Below are positions 39,522 through 51,694 of a DNA stretch of 64,000 bases, in pieces. How positions within the stretch are numbered: the first letter of the stretch is position 1; every line of letters starts with the position of its first letter. The translations under genes were made by a program, and so were the position numbers. The stretch comes from Phoronis australis (taxonomy: Eukaryota; Animalia; Phoronida), in NCBI GenBank assembly GCA_002633005.1, contig NMRA01000277.1, positions 308,431-372,430 on the forward strand, read 5' to 3'. Under the pieces are notes generated by a model. It did no database searches. It saw nothing but the letters and a program-made list of their open reading frames with translations, and had not been told where the DNA came from.

Positions 39522-40388
39522 GTAAGTATTCATCAAAAAGATGGATTACTTTTAGACAATTATCCTTCAGCGCTGTCTCCAATATTTCGCGACTGATTAG
39601 GCTCACCATTCAGGTAACCTAACCAAACTTAATGAAGTGTGGCATTTGCGAAATAACAAAACTCAACTAGAAAAAGGCAATGTTGTAGTCGACTGGAAAA
39701 AAATGTGCGGTTTGATCTCCATGTGCGCACCAAAATATGTTTGTGGAGTGTCAGTCAGCAGCGAATAAACAAACCCGGCAGCTTTATTTTTGTGGTGGCA
39801 TCAAACGTTCGCTTTTATTTGGTAGCAATTACCGTAACTTAAAAATAAGTTTTGGCATTTCCGTCACCTGATTAAAATAACGAAACACGGGGCTGGAATG
39901 CGCTGTTGGACGGCACTCATTCATGAAACTAAACAGATACACACGCCATCCAGTCTCGAAACGTCTTGGTATAACACGCACCAGATTTTGGTATGCGCGG
40001 TCGCGCGTGTGTCTTCATTTCGACCAGACAACCTGGCTTTATGGTCGCCAGGTTCTAATTACAGAAAAAATCGAATCCCGGCCTGCCAAGGTCAAAAATA
40101 AAATTAATTAATTAAATTGGCGTTGCAACAACAACCCAGTTTGTTGACATTTTATTGTAATTTATATTATCTGGCATACCATTGCCCGGAAAAATCACTT
40201 AAGAAAATTGCTTCGGAAAAATGTATAAATTTCCATTCAATTTCTGTTAATGGCTTAAAAATGTAAACAGTTATGCAATTACAGTCTAATATATTTTTAC
40301 GATCCTTTCCAAGGCGAAAAATCACTTTGTTTTATGTTCATTTATATTATGCAATCTCAACTTACAATTTTATTTTTGTACTTTGTAG

Positions 40389-41601
40389 CTGTTCCCCGTC
40401 TTATATCACAATTGAGGAACAGATGGCGCTCCTAGACAAACACTGCTACTTGTCCAAGGCCGGGGAGCTACCCCAGTATCCAACGTGCTGCCGAAACACT
40501 ATCGTCTGCGAAGAGGGCATCAACTCCAAGTACTTCACTAAAAAACGCTACGAGGAATTCCAAGCCGATTTGCAACCGTTTGTCGAGATGTACACTTTCC
40601 TTCAGTTTCTCAAGTCCGCACGTGAGCCGATGATGTCGGACCATCAGCCCGACGACGTGGACTACTTCGCTCCACACCGAAAGATTCCAGATCAAGGAGA
40701 ACTCTTGGAGTCGCCTCTTCTCGAAAAAGTGGACGATACAGAATTCGTCCTTCCCGCACAACAGCAGAAGACTGTGGACAAGTCTATGTTTATCGGCCAA
40801 TCACAAATGCAACACGAAGCGCCCGCTATTGACTTCCTGAAACCTTCCCAGTATCAGATGAATAAGGAGATTGCAAGTATCGAGTCACTGTCAGAACCCT
40901 CGGGTCGCGTTGAGGAGCCAGCAGCGCCACCTAAAAGAAAACCAGTTAAATCTTTGAGAAAAATTTACCGTAAGCCAGCTGCGCTTGTTCTTGAGGAGAA
41001 CGAAGACCACGTGTCGTATGACGACATTAAAGCTGCTCGCAAGGAAAGGAGGCAAAGGAAATTCCTGCGCAAATTTCACAAAACACGTGCAAGTAAAGTT
41101 GCTTCAGCGAACACTAAACAAAAAGCAGGCGACAAGGTGGGACTTAAAACCAGCAAGCCGAGGAAAATCGGATTTGCACCAATCATCCACTTTAAAGACG
41201 ACATTCTTGCAAGTCACGGTAGCGCTAACACCAAGAACGTTGAGCAGAGGAGGACAGTAAATGCAAAGTCGCCAAAGTTTGCTCCTATTCCGTCCGATAT
41301 TTTTGAGGATAACGTTGAACATGTAAAACAACACAAAGTGCCAGGATTTGCACCTATTCCTGATTTCGAACTGGACGAACCTCTACCCCCGGTGTCGAAA
41401 GTTCTTTCGAGGAAACAGCCAGCGCCCTCTGCCAAGTACGCACCATTGCCAGATTACGACTTTGAAGAATTCGCAAAAGGGGTCAAAGCGGAAGACACCA
41501 AACAACATTCTGTAGCGAAACCGGAAGTGGGGGACAGTCTACTCATGGACTTGCAGTTCATCCAGATACCCGAAAAACCGGAAGACTTGGTACAGAGCTA
41601 A
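40389..41601 (+). CDS. Secreted single-vWC-like domain protein, long last exon
   Basis: TTTGTAG acceptor in phase 2; CSPSY...HCY...QYPTCCRNTIVC completes an SVWC / beta-microseminoprotein-like Cys pattern; 400-codon open frame to TAA at 41599-41601. Confidence 0.9.
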
Positions 41602-44600
41602 TTTGCACGTTTTTGTGGTGCTAGGTAGAGTTAGAGGCAATGCTTTGCAGTCTCTTAGTTTTGTTTCGACAGATTGCCTGCAACTCCACCTAACGGCCAC
41701 GTTCTGTACTAAGAATTCCAAAATCTCTTCTGGTAGGCCAGGGTAATCCTTTTATATACGGTTGTGTATTCCGGTGGCTATCAGGTAGCATCTCAGTATC
41801 GGGTCACATGGCGTAATTTATTTGACTAGAGCACCCTGTTCGGTTTCCAACGGACCCCTAGATCGGAATTCTCACGATTATCCATCGTGTCTCCTGTCTG
41901 TCGCACGCGCTCAGCATGTACGTCACACAATGATAACATTCCTATTAGTTTTGTTAAGCTGAGATTGTAGTCGGAGCAGTAGTATGATTAGTGGTAGCCA
42001 TAAACCCAATTGACAAGAAATTGATTACTCAAAATCGCTATCACCGTGGTAATTGCCTTTCTAAGGCATCGTTAGTAGTCTAGAGAGATTAGAATAAGAC
42101 GTAAGACTAATCCTAAAATTGACTGTCCTCAAACAGTTTTTTATGCAAAACGTGCTTGGATTGCAAAGCGAGAGAAAAAATACACAAATTTGTAGCCATG
42201 CGTTTTGCAAATCAGCCCGTTAGTATTGTTTTAATTTAATTTAATTTATTTATTTGCACTTTAATCTTTTAGTTTCATTATTGTTTGTCATTATTTTGTT
42301 CACCTTTCCTGATGTGGCTTGCGGTATATTTTGTTCTTCGATCATCGTCATCGCTGTGAAATACATGTATGTGTTGTCCATTTTATCATAACTTATCATG
42401 AAATATTATTTTTGTTATTTCTTGTGTGTATATATTGCTGTATTTGTATATTTAAACTTGATTACACCATTTAAATGCATACCAAATGTTTTCTCTCTTG
42501 TACTTTAGTTGTAACATTAGAATCGGCAGTGAGTCGTGGATATAGAAATGATCTGACTGCTGAACGAACGCCAAAAACTGCAGGTCGTTTACACATCAAC
42601 CGAATGCGAATATTACGTAATTCTAGAGACCAATTTACATTAGTTATATAACAAACTGTAAATACAAAATACTTAATCAAAATCATTTTCAATATTTTGT
42701 ACAAACCTATCCACAAGGTGCTAACTAATGGCACTGTTTTTGTGCGCTCAACGGAGAGCAGCGCGTTGAAACATCACAATTATACAATCGCACTAAACTG
42801 ATTGCAGCTCCTTTGATATGACATTTACAATAACGTCTTGCTATCAAACACACTGTAAACAGGAAACAAATGACGTTCTTTTCACAAATAAGGTTTATCA
42901 TCATCGAATCAAGTAATTCCAGACCTAACAGAATACGGTGTTTGTTCAGAGAGCAGATTTTACTTGCCTTTGAATGGCAAAATATTGCACAGCACAATTC
43001 CTTCCGTGTAAACCTACATGCATACTGCAAGGTCAGTCACGCCTCTCCCAATCCCCCCCGGAATCAGACTGTGACTGAGAATACGGTTATTTTGACTGAA
43101 GCAGGGGATCTTGGGAAGTAGAGTAGCCCTATATATCGCCCCCCCCCCCATGTCATCACGTTAGTGGTCCTTTGCTTTCTGTGCATTTTGCTGACCAGCG
43201 ACTTTTGTTCCTCCGTGTTTTTCCAGTAGGCGCTGTGCTACCCGTTTTTTCTTTCTTTTCACAATTTTCCACAATTTTCCCACATCAGTCTAGACGCCTT
43301 ACACGTACATGTATGCTGATCTCGCCAAAAGCTCCATCCACAGTATGCATGTATGAATGGGAATCATGACTTGTTGTCTTATTCCATGTCAAATAATACA
43401 GTTGATGTTATAGCATATGATAGGTTCGCGCAACGTTTTCCATAACTTCGCCAAGATTCGTCACGTCTTGCAGTAGGCCCAGTTCCGGACATTTTGCAAG
43501 AACGAAATGGTCATATGGAATCGCGTCATTCAGTTAACAGCCCTGTCACACTATACGTGTGCATGTACGTACTCAAACTGACCGAACCCGACATTTAGTT
43601 GACCGGTTGTGAGGATCGGAAACGGGCATTTGGCAGTGAGACCAAAGACATGTCTCGAGCGCGCTGCACGGTCTACGAGGTAAACGTGGTTTTCTTGCGC
43701 GATTTGTATGCTTACATCGCTTCTTTTGGTCGCATTCGCTTTTTCACGATATCGAAAGTGTAGTGGTAACTTCACTGATGATGGGATTAGGGCCCGTTTG
43801 TTCACACTGCCGAGAATGGAGATAAACCGCAATTAAAGTCCAAATGGGACACACTTTGACGGAATTCGGTGGCGTGACCTATCGGTAGATTTTTTGAACT
43901 AATGAACTGTGATATGTTTACGTGCACGGAACTGTTGGCGTTCTGTTTATAATTCAGGAAATATTTTTCACGAGAATGGTGTCATATTTGCTGGGGCTTT
44001 TTAACACAACAACTGTTTACGCGTGATTTTTGTTTTGCGCACGCTGTGTTGTATGGGCAGTAAACATCGTGCGATCAGTTACATTGAGTGCAACGGATCT
44101 GTTAAAGAGATCGTTTTAAAGATGTTTTTAAAATGTTCTTGTTTATCATATACATGTACATGTACAAGAATTCGCCTTTTCAGCAACTTATAATCAGAAC
44201 GTCGCCTATTTTTAACCAAGAAAATGTTACAAAATAAGAGTAGGCTATATATCGCAAATTACACTTTCTGTTTCTTGCTTTAAGTTCTGCGTGCTTCAGC
44301 TTGGCAATTACCTGTACATGTATCTGCAGCCCCACAAGATAGAAAGGTCGTCACCGGGGAACACTATGGGAGTTTGGACCAAATGGCTTGCATCCAACTT
44401 CGATTAATATTGTTTTATTTCATGACACGAACACTGGTAAAACTATGACTGGCTTGCCTTACACCATAAAGAATCGTAGACAAAAGAGCATCTATTCTTT
44501 TTTTAATGCTACGCTCTGCCACCTTATATGACATACAACACTTACAAGTTTTGGAGTTAACTAACAACATGCATCTACACAATATGATGCAAAGGGTCAC

Positions 44601-45149
44601 AGATAGATTTTCCGTCATACACTGATTTCAATTTGCAGTTGTGTCACTACGCGGGAATAAGATCACCGGTTCCATCGAATAACTTTAGGTGCAATACAGA
44701 CCTCTTATCGCCATAAAATCAGTGGTTTGAACCAGTCCCTAAAATGAGAAGAGACTTTCGGTGGTCTTCGTCAGAACTCGGGGAAATACGACAAACCGTG
44801 ACAAATCAACCTGTGAAGTCTTCTCTCAAAGTCACAAACAGTCATTTTTCAAGCTCTGATTTCACACCTGCTTTGACCAAGGACATTTTTGAGACCGTTG
44901 AACACTATGTGCCTTGAATCTTCAACTTTTTGTGAGAGAAGCCGAGTTTACATCGTTAGCTAATCAACATTTTGCAGTTGTATCAATTATTTAATTACAA
45001 ATAAAAATCGTACAGCATACGTGCACATCAAATGTCTATTCCAATTATTTAATGGATAAACCGCGTGCATACTCTAAATGGACAAACCGATTAATTTCAG
45101 ATTTTTGCAAAATTACATGTACATGTAGAAGCAAGAAGTGGAAAACACA

Positions 45150-45600
45150 AACGAGGCCAGAGTGCAGCATGATAACGACGTTTCGATATCAGGCAAATAT
45201 CATCTTCAGGTCCATGAGTTCTATGTTGGCATGACCACTCGAATTTAGCATCGTAGACTGGCTGAACACAAGAAGGACGTCACCAATGCGTTGTATACTG
45301 ATCGACAATGCATGCATAATAAGGTTTCTTGAGGTCCATCTTCTTGATCACTACAATTATGTATACATGGACATGTATGTCAACTCTTCATCCGTGAGGC
45401 TATTCAAACGCAGGCTCTCCATCAAATAGAATGCTGAAACATGCAGGTCGCAATGGGAGATACACCTGTACATGTAGTTTTATCTGTGTTATGGAGTGAG
45501 ATGTGAAGCGAGCATTCTGTTGTGGTATTCTGTAATTACGTTCGATGACCCCAGGATGATATTTGCCTAACACCGAAACGTCGTTTCCATACAGTACATG
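45150..45600 (+). mobile_element. 5'-truncated Penelope-like retroelement remnant (GIY-YIG fragment between inverted pLTR pieces)
   Basis: YVGMTTRI*HRRLAEHKKD from 45222 and LFIREAIQ near 45385; hammerhead-bearing segment inverted at 45168-45216 and direct, degenerate at 45544-45590. Confidence 0.7.
45168..45216 (-). ncRNA. Minimal type I hammerhead ribozyme motif (Penelope pLTR type)
   Basis: Minus strand catggac CTGAAGA t GATAT ttgcctg ATATC GAAA cg TC gttatcatg: intact core, 5-bp stem II, palindromic ACGT stem III, bulged stem I. Confidence 0.7.
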
Positions 45601-46231
45601 CTCGTGTCACGTTACCATGTACATTACTACGGCTAGTAATAACTTACATGCATTATAACGTGGTGCAGAAAATGACGGATTGTATCGACTGAGCGTGTTT
45701 TCATGGTGCACTCTAACGCACAGTGTAGCCATAGATACCGAACCAAACTTTTGTAGTTCTGTCAATCAATTTCGGCGAGATGAAATTCAGTACATCAGCG
45801 GTCCCGGCCTAAGGTGTGGTTTCATCTTGATGTGAGATTGAGCGCGTGCGTTGTCACATTGATACATGAGAACGGCAAACGATTCTGTTTTTAAGAACGA
45901 AATTTCACAACACAACGCTCAACGTTGAGGAATTGGTGCCAGGGGGTTGCTATCAACTTTATAAAAATTGCATTCATTCTAATTCAAAATTTAATTTCTT
46001 TGGTTACCTCTATTTGAATTTAAATAAATAATCTCGTTCCTAAGATAGCAAATTACGCATTTGTTATATGATCTGAAAAAGTGCACGTGAGCTAATATTT
46101 AAAACACCCTCTGTAGATACCGATACCAGCTTCTGAATTCTTTCTTTTTCAACAGAAAACTTTAATCCTGGGTGTGGCAGTGTTAATATCTTGAGTGGTT
46201 GTTAGTCGTCACAGGAGGAAATATTAGAGGC

Positions 46232-46388
46232 CAGTACCGGATTTAAGGGGGACTAAGTTAGCCACGCCCCCCTAAAATTTTCCCAGATTCCATTTTGTAG
46301 TACGGGGTTGCCAATGTCTGATGGGCAAAGGCCTGGCCAATATAATTGTCAAGTCCCCCCTTAACTCAAAATCCCGAATCAGCCCCTG
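46232..46388. mobile_element. hAT-like MITE family B with 5-bp TSD
   Basis: CAGTACCGGATTTAAGG ... CCCGAATCAGCCCCTG; GAGGC on both flanks. Confidence 0.7.
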
Positions 46389-47502
46389 GAGGCATCTCCT
46401 TCACCCGCAAGAAACAACAAAGAGTCCCTAGAATGATTCATTGTATGCAGAATATATTAAAAGAAAATAACATGCAAACGGGAGTCTTTGAACATTGTCT
46501 ACATTTCAGCCTTTCTAAAGCGACGACATCTGCAAATTGGTAAAATCACGTGACTTTTCAAATAACTTGGGGAAGTCAATATACAATGTAATCATGAACT
46601 TGACTCGAAGCCGACTGCGCTCTGGAGGCTGGAAAGACGGGCTACACCCGTCGACAGAAGAAATCTAAGTAACTGACTACAGCGAAGCCTTAAGAGGATT
46701 TCATTGCCCCGGCAACATCATAACTAATAATCTTAAAACAAAAAACATGCTGTCACTCTTACAATTAAACTAAGACAGGAACGTTTGTTTCTGGGTCATC
46801 GATGTGCTACCTTTTCTCTGCCATGCAATGTAGAGCCGCACTGACGAGAATACATCTGAAATGTCACGGCATTATTACGTCACCACCACTAATAACAGTA
46901 GAAGAGGAAAATCAAATGACGTTTGGTTTCCCATGAGGGTGGTATTTATGAAAATGTTTCTAGGAGTTTTCATGTTATTTTTAAAAGACTTCTCAAAACT
47001 TCAAATTTTGTAACCCTTCCATGATGGATTTTCCAAAGTTGGAAATCATTTTGTTCATTCAAGCATGCAAATCAGGTATCCAATGAAGGCCTAATTGTCA
47101 TGACAGGCGATATTATTAAGGGTAAGGGGGACAATTAGCTTTGTCTAAATATAGGTGCGTGAGCCGTCCCCTACATCAGTCACCACCATCCCCCTCGTTT
47201 GGTCATGACTGTATCACAGTTCCACCGATTGCCTCCAAGCGTGGCCACGCCCCGGTCGCCACCGATCATTGACCCCTTTCTGACATGAAAACACGTTTAT
47301 ATCTTCCCCCGCGTGTTTTCCCGGCGTTGGAGGCTCCGCTCAGTTTTCGGGTACTTTATTTTATTCCCAAAAAATTAGGGGTGATTAATTAATTGCCCTC
47401 TCAGAATCCCGGCCTATTTTTGCCCGCGCCGCAGTACTATTGAGTCGATATGTGACCTAGTGTTTTTTTACGATCTCCATAACTGAGTTTCAAAGGTATC
47501 AC

Positions 47503-47745
47503 CATGCGCTCACCCAAGGGGGGGCTCTGGGGGGGCTCGAACGAGCCCCCCATTTGGCAAAGTGGACAAAAAGGTTCGCCTCAGAGAAACAAAAAGTCCG
47601 AGAAAACGGGACAAAGTCCACTAAAAAGGCGCTGACGCACAGTGAAGGTGGTACCCCGCTTTTTTTGTCCCGCTTTTTTGTCAGCAAAAGGTCCACATCT
47701 TCAGAAATTCGAGCCCCCCCATATTAAAGGCTTGTTGCGCGCATG
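47503..47745. mobile_element. hAT-like MITE family A, copy 2
   Basis: CATGCGCTCACCCAAG ... CTTGTTGCGCGCATG; flanks ATCAC / GTCAC; homologous to 6453-6710. Confidence 0.75.
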
Positions 47746-47840
47746 GTCACTGATACTGATGATAAACTCGGGTTCTACGCCCTAATTATAAGCAAACTTT
47801 TGATTAAGAACATTCTAAGTAACGTCATGATGATGATGGG

Positions 47841-48793
47841 TCGAATGGCTGTGATGTGCACGAATGTTTTTTTCTTTCTTTTTTGATGAATTTGGAATCT
47901 CAGATTCCCTCGTGAATACTTGGCAGTGTCGGATTTACATATATAGAGGGACAAAGAAACATTTTCCCCCGAACACAGTGCTCCACCGAGAGAGGGTACC
48001 GTCTGAAATGGGACACCTTAAGATGAAAGGCTAAACATCATTAAGCTTGGAAAAAAGAGGGACAGTTTATTCTATCGTAGTGTGGTCCCAAAGCAATGCA
48101 GGGAGTGGCCTCTTTCAACATGAAATCCGGTTGCACGATTTCACAAAAAACAGGAAAATAGAGGTAATCGATTCCAACATTGGGCCCTCTCTCCGTGAGC
48201 GGCCCTTTTAAGTCAGAATTTGTCAATACAACCACAAAAAGGTAGCTACTTGAATGTCATCAATATCCTCCTTCAAGGACTTGGCCCCAACTATGAAAAT
48301 ATCTATATTTTCAAATATCAGGAAATGCGCAGGCAGCGATGTTATCTGTAAGGTCACCAATTTTTCTCAAGTGACTATACACTGTACAGTTTCGAGAAAA
48401 AAATAAAGCGAAAGTTGTCTCCGTTATCCCTTGCCAGAGAGGGTCCTCTGCAAAAATATATTAGTTTTGCATTCGCAAAAATTGATTTATTGCATTAAAA
48501 GAACGCTCCGCAAAAGCTTCGCCGTTGTTCTCGATTTTTCGAAATATATATAATGTGCGTTTAGGCTACCTTGCTACAAACACTAGGCGGAGACCCTACT
48601 GTAACTACAATGACCTGGCCAAGGTCCTCAAAAGGTAATTACCATGCACCGATGCAGAGTTTTTCAATATTCTATTGAATTTTCTCTCTTATCCGTATTT
48701 TCTCGACTGGTCCCCGGCCCCCGGCCTGCGCCCGTTATGTCGGTTGCCCCCCCCCCCCGGCCCCCCCCGGCCTCGCCGATTCCTTCGGCCCTG
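47841..48793 (+). repeat. About 950-bp diverged direct repeat, copy 1 (copy 2 at 56296-57281)
   Basis: Colinear similarity from tcgaatggctgtgatgtgcacgaatg through gggacaccttaagatgaaaggctaaacatc to tatgtcggttgcc; contains hAT-like end CAGTGTCGGATTT. Confidence 0.85.
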
Positions 48794-49359
48794 TTATAGT
48801 TCATAGTTTTTGTTTCTTAATATAACCCCTACACACTAATCTGTTTAGATTCATATCAGTGTATCGATCACAACTAAAACTGGCGGTTCACGTATAGCAG
48901 TGCCGGGGGGTTATAACAAGACTGCAAATTTTGTGTTTGTCGCGGCGTCGGAGATTCAGTGTCCATTGATCGATAGACCACAAAGCCCGTTATTTTTCCT
49001 TCCAGCTGAACTGCTACTTGTTAGAAGGCAATGAATTAATTTAAGTTCTCACTGAGTCAGTTCAGTATAGGTTTTCTTGAAACTGTAATTAATGTACGAA
49101 AACTTTAGTTCACTCACGTCTTCGAAAGATTCGGAAGCCGATAAGATCATTTCTGAAAACACCGTCGGATCACCAGTCTATACATTGTATGTTTACATCA
49201 TTATTCAATAGTCGGCAAATTTTCGTTGCAGCAACCGAAACTTCAGAAAATATAGAAGACAGCCACTATGGCGGGGAATCGGAAGTTTTTCATCTGTTCT
49301 GCTTGGGAATAGTGAAAGTGATAAAACTGTTGATTGAATTCTCGTCAACAACCTGCATA

Positions 49360-49430
49360 GCACTGGTGGTTCAATGGTAGAATTCTCGCCTGCCACGCGG
49401 GAGGCCCGGGTTCGATTCCCGGCCAGTGCA
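49360..49430 (+). tRNA. tRNA-Gly(GCC)
   Basis: GCACTGGTGGTTCAATGGTAGAATTCTCGCCTGCCACGCGGGAGGCCCGGGTTCGATTCCCGGCCAGTGCA, full cloverleaf, followed by T-runs. Confidence 0.97.
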
Positions 49431-50500
49431 CATTTTGCTTTTTTGCGTCAGACATTGTCGTTATCACGGGGATTTTGGTGGGTTGCAAAAATCATGAAGT
49501 TATAAGCTTTGGCCAGACTAAAAAATAACGAAATCTATTGTTTTTTTTGTGATTTTTGTAACTAATCATCAATATTCTCACCACTGTTTGCCAGAATATA
49601 ATTAGCTGAAATCAAGGCCGACCGGTGGTACTGGCAGGAAGAAATGACCTCTTCCTGCTAATAGTAATCGAATAGGATTGAGCTCCACCACCAAAGGGTT
49701 TGACTGCGATTGCTAGGCCTCAGGTTCGAGTCCGCGCTGGGCTGGGTGTATTTAAAAAATACTTTACTCGCCGATTCGGTGTCATGTTTAAATGACGCAA
49801 ACAATTTAAAAAGATTGAAATACACAGATCCATAATGATCTGGCTCAAATTCCGACCCTCTCGGCTATGAACGAATTTTTAGGCGGATGAAGTTATCGCA
49901 TATTATATTATAGACTTAATAACATTACAAAGGCCATCAACAAAATTTAATGGTAAGTTTGTTTCGTAATAACACCCCCCCCCACTCAACTGTTTAAATT
50001 CATTCCATCACCGTATCGGACACTGGTGGCGGTTCACTGTTTGGGGTTTCGATTCCTGATTACTAAGTGCCGGCACATTTTGAGTTTACCGCGGTGTCCG
50101 ATTTCTACCAATTACTCAGTGTCCTTTGATTGAACAGTAGATAACAAAGCGTGTTATTTATTCACACCCCTAAACTGCTATAGGTTAAAATGCATTGTAT
50201 CAATTTATGGACCAGTCATTGGTATAATCTTGAAAATCAGTGGACAAGTACAGGAAAGTACTTTCAATTAACATCCTCGATAGATTCGTAAAATAGGATG
50301 TTTCTAAAAGCACCGCTGGGTCAGCAGTCTATACATTTACATCGTTTTTCAATTTTCGACAAAATTATTGTTGCAGGAGCCGAAACTTCAGGAAAAAACA
50401 TAGAAGGCCGCGTGCACTGGGAATGAAGTTTTTCGTCTGTTTGAGAATAATACAGGGTGTACAGCTATGATAAAAGAGTTGATTGGGTTTGCATGGCTGA

Positions 50501-50571
50501 GCACAGGTGGTTCAGTGGTAGAATTCTCGCCTGTCACGCGGGAGGCCCGGGTTCGATTCCCGGCCACTGCA
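50501..50571 (+). tRNA. tRNA-Gly-derived copy with GTC (Asp) anticodon and two acceptor-stem mismatches; likely pseudogene
   Basis: Anticodon loop CT-GTC-AC; acceptor strands GCACAGG / CCACTGC give C4:C69 and A5:A68 mismatches; A and B boxes intact. Confidence 0.85.
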
Positions 50572-51623
50572 CATTTTGCTTTTTTGCGTCAGACACTGTC
50601 GTTATCAAGGGGATTTTGGTGGGGTGCAAAAATCACGAAGTTATAACCTTTGGTCAGACTAAAAAGTGATTGTGATTTTTATAACTAATCATTAATATTC
50701 TCACCACTGTTTGCCAGAATTAAAATTTCTAAAATCAAGGCCGACCGGTGGTACTGGCAGGAAGAAATGACCTCTTCTTGCTAATAGTAATCGAATAGGA
50801 TTGAGCTCCACCACCAAAGGGTTTGACTGCGATTGCTAGGCTTCCGGTTCGAGTCCGTGCTGGGCTGGGTGTATTTAAAAAAAAATACTTTACTCGCCGA
50901 TTGTGTCATGTTTAAATGACGCAAAAATTTAAAAAGATTGAAATACACAGATCCATAATGATCTGGCTCAAATTCCGACCCTCTCGGCTATGAACGAATT
51001 TTTAGGCGGATGAAGTTATCGCATATTATATTATTGACTTAATAACATTACAAAGGCCATCAACAAAATTTAATGGTAAGTTTGTTTCGTACTAACACCC
51101 CCCCCCCCACTCAACAGTTTAAATTCATTCAATCACCGTATCGGACACTGGTGGCGATTCACTGTTTGGGGTTTCGATTCCGGATTACTAAGTGCCGGCA
51201 CATTTTGAGTTTACCGCGGTGTCGAACATTTTCTACCAATTACTCAGTGTCCTTTGATTGAACAGTAGATAACAAAGCGTGTTATTTATTCACCCCCCTA
51301 AACTGCTATAGGTTAAAAAGCATTGTATCAATTTATGGACCAGTCATTGGTATATTCTTGAAAATCAATGGACATATCAAGTACAGGAAATTACTTTCAA
51401 TTAACATCCTCGATAGATTCGTAAAATAGGATGTTTCTAAAAGCACCGCTGGGTCAGCAGTCTATACATTTACATCATTTTTCAATATTCGACAAAATTA
51501 TTGTTGCAGGAGCCGAAACTTCAGGAAAAACATAGAAGGCCGCGTGCACTGGGAATGAAGTTTTTCGTCTGTTTGAGAATAATGCAGCTATGATAAAAGA
51601 GTTGATTGGGTTTGCATGGCTGA

Positions 51624-51694
51624 GCACTGGTGGTTCAGTGGTAGAATTCTCGCCTGCCACGCGGGAGGCCCGGGTTCGATTCCCGGCCAGTGCA
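51624..51694 (+). tRNA. tRNA-Gly(GCC)
   Basis: Canonical metazoan tRNA-Gly(GCC) sequence, fully paired stems, T-run terminator. Confidence 0.97.

Noticed and set aside
40468-41435. Several minus-strand and alternative-frame ORFs
   Set aside because: Shadows of the long + strand exon 40389-41601
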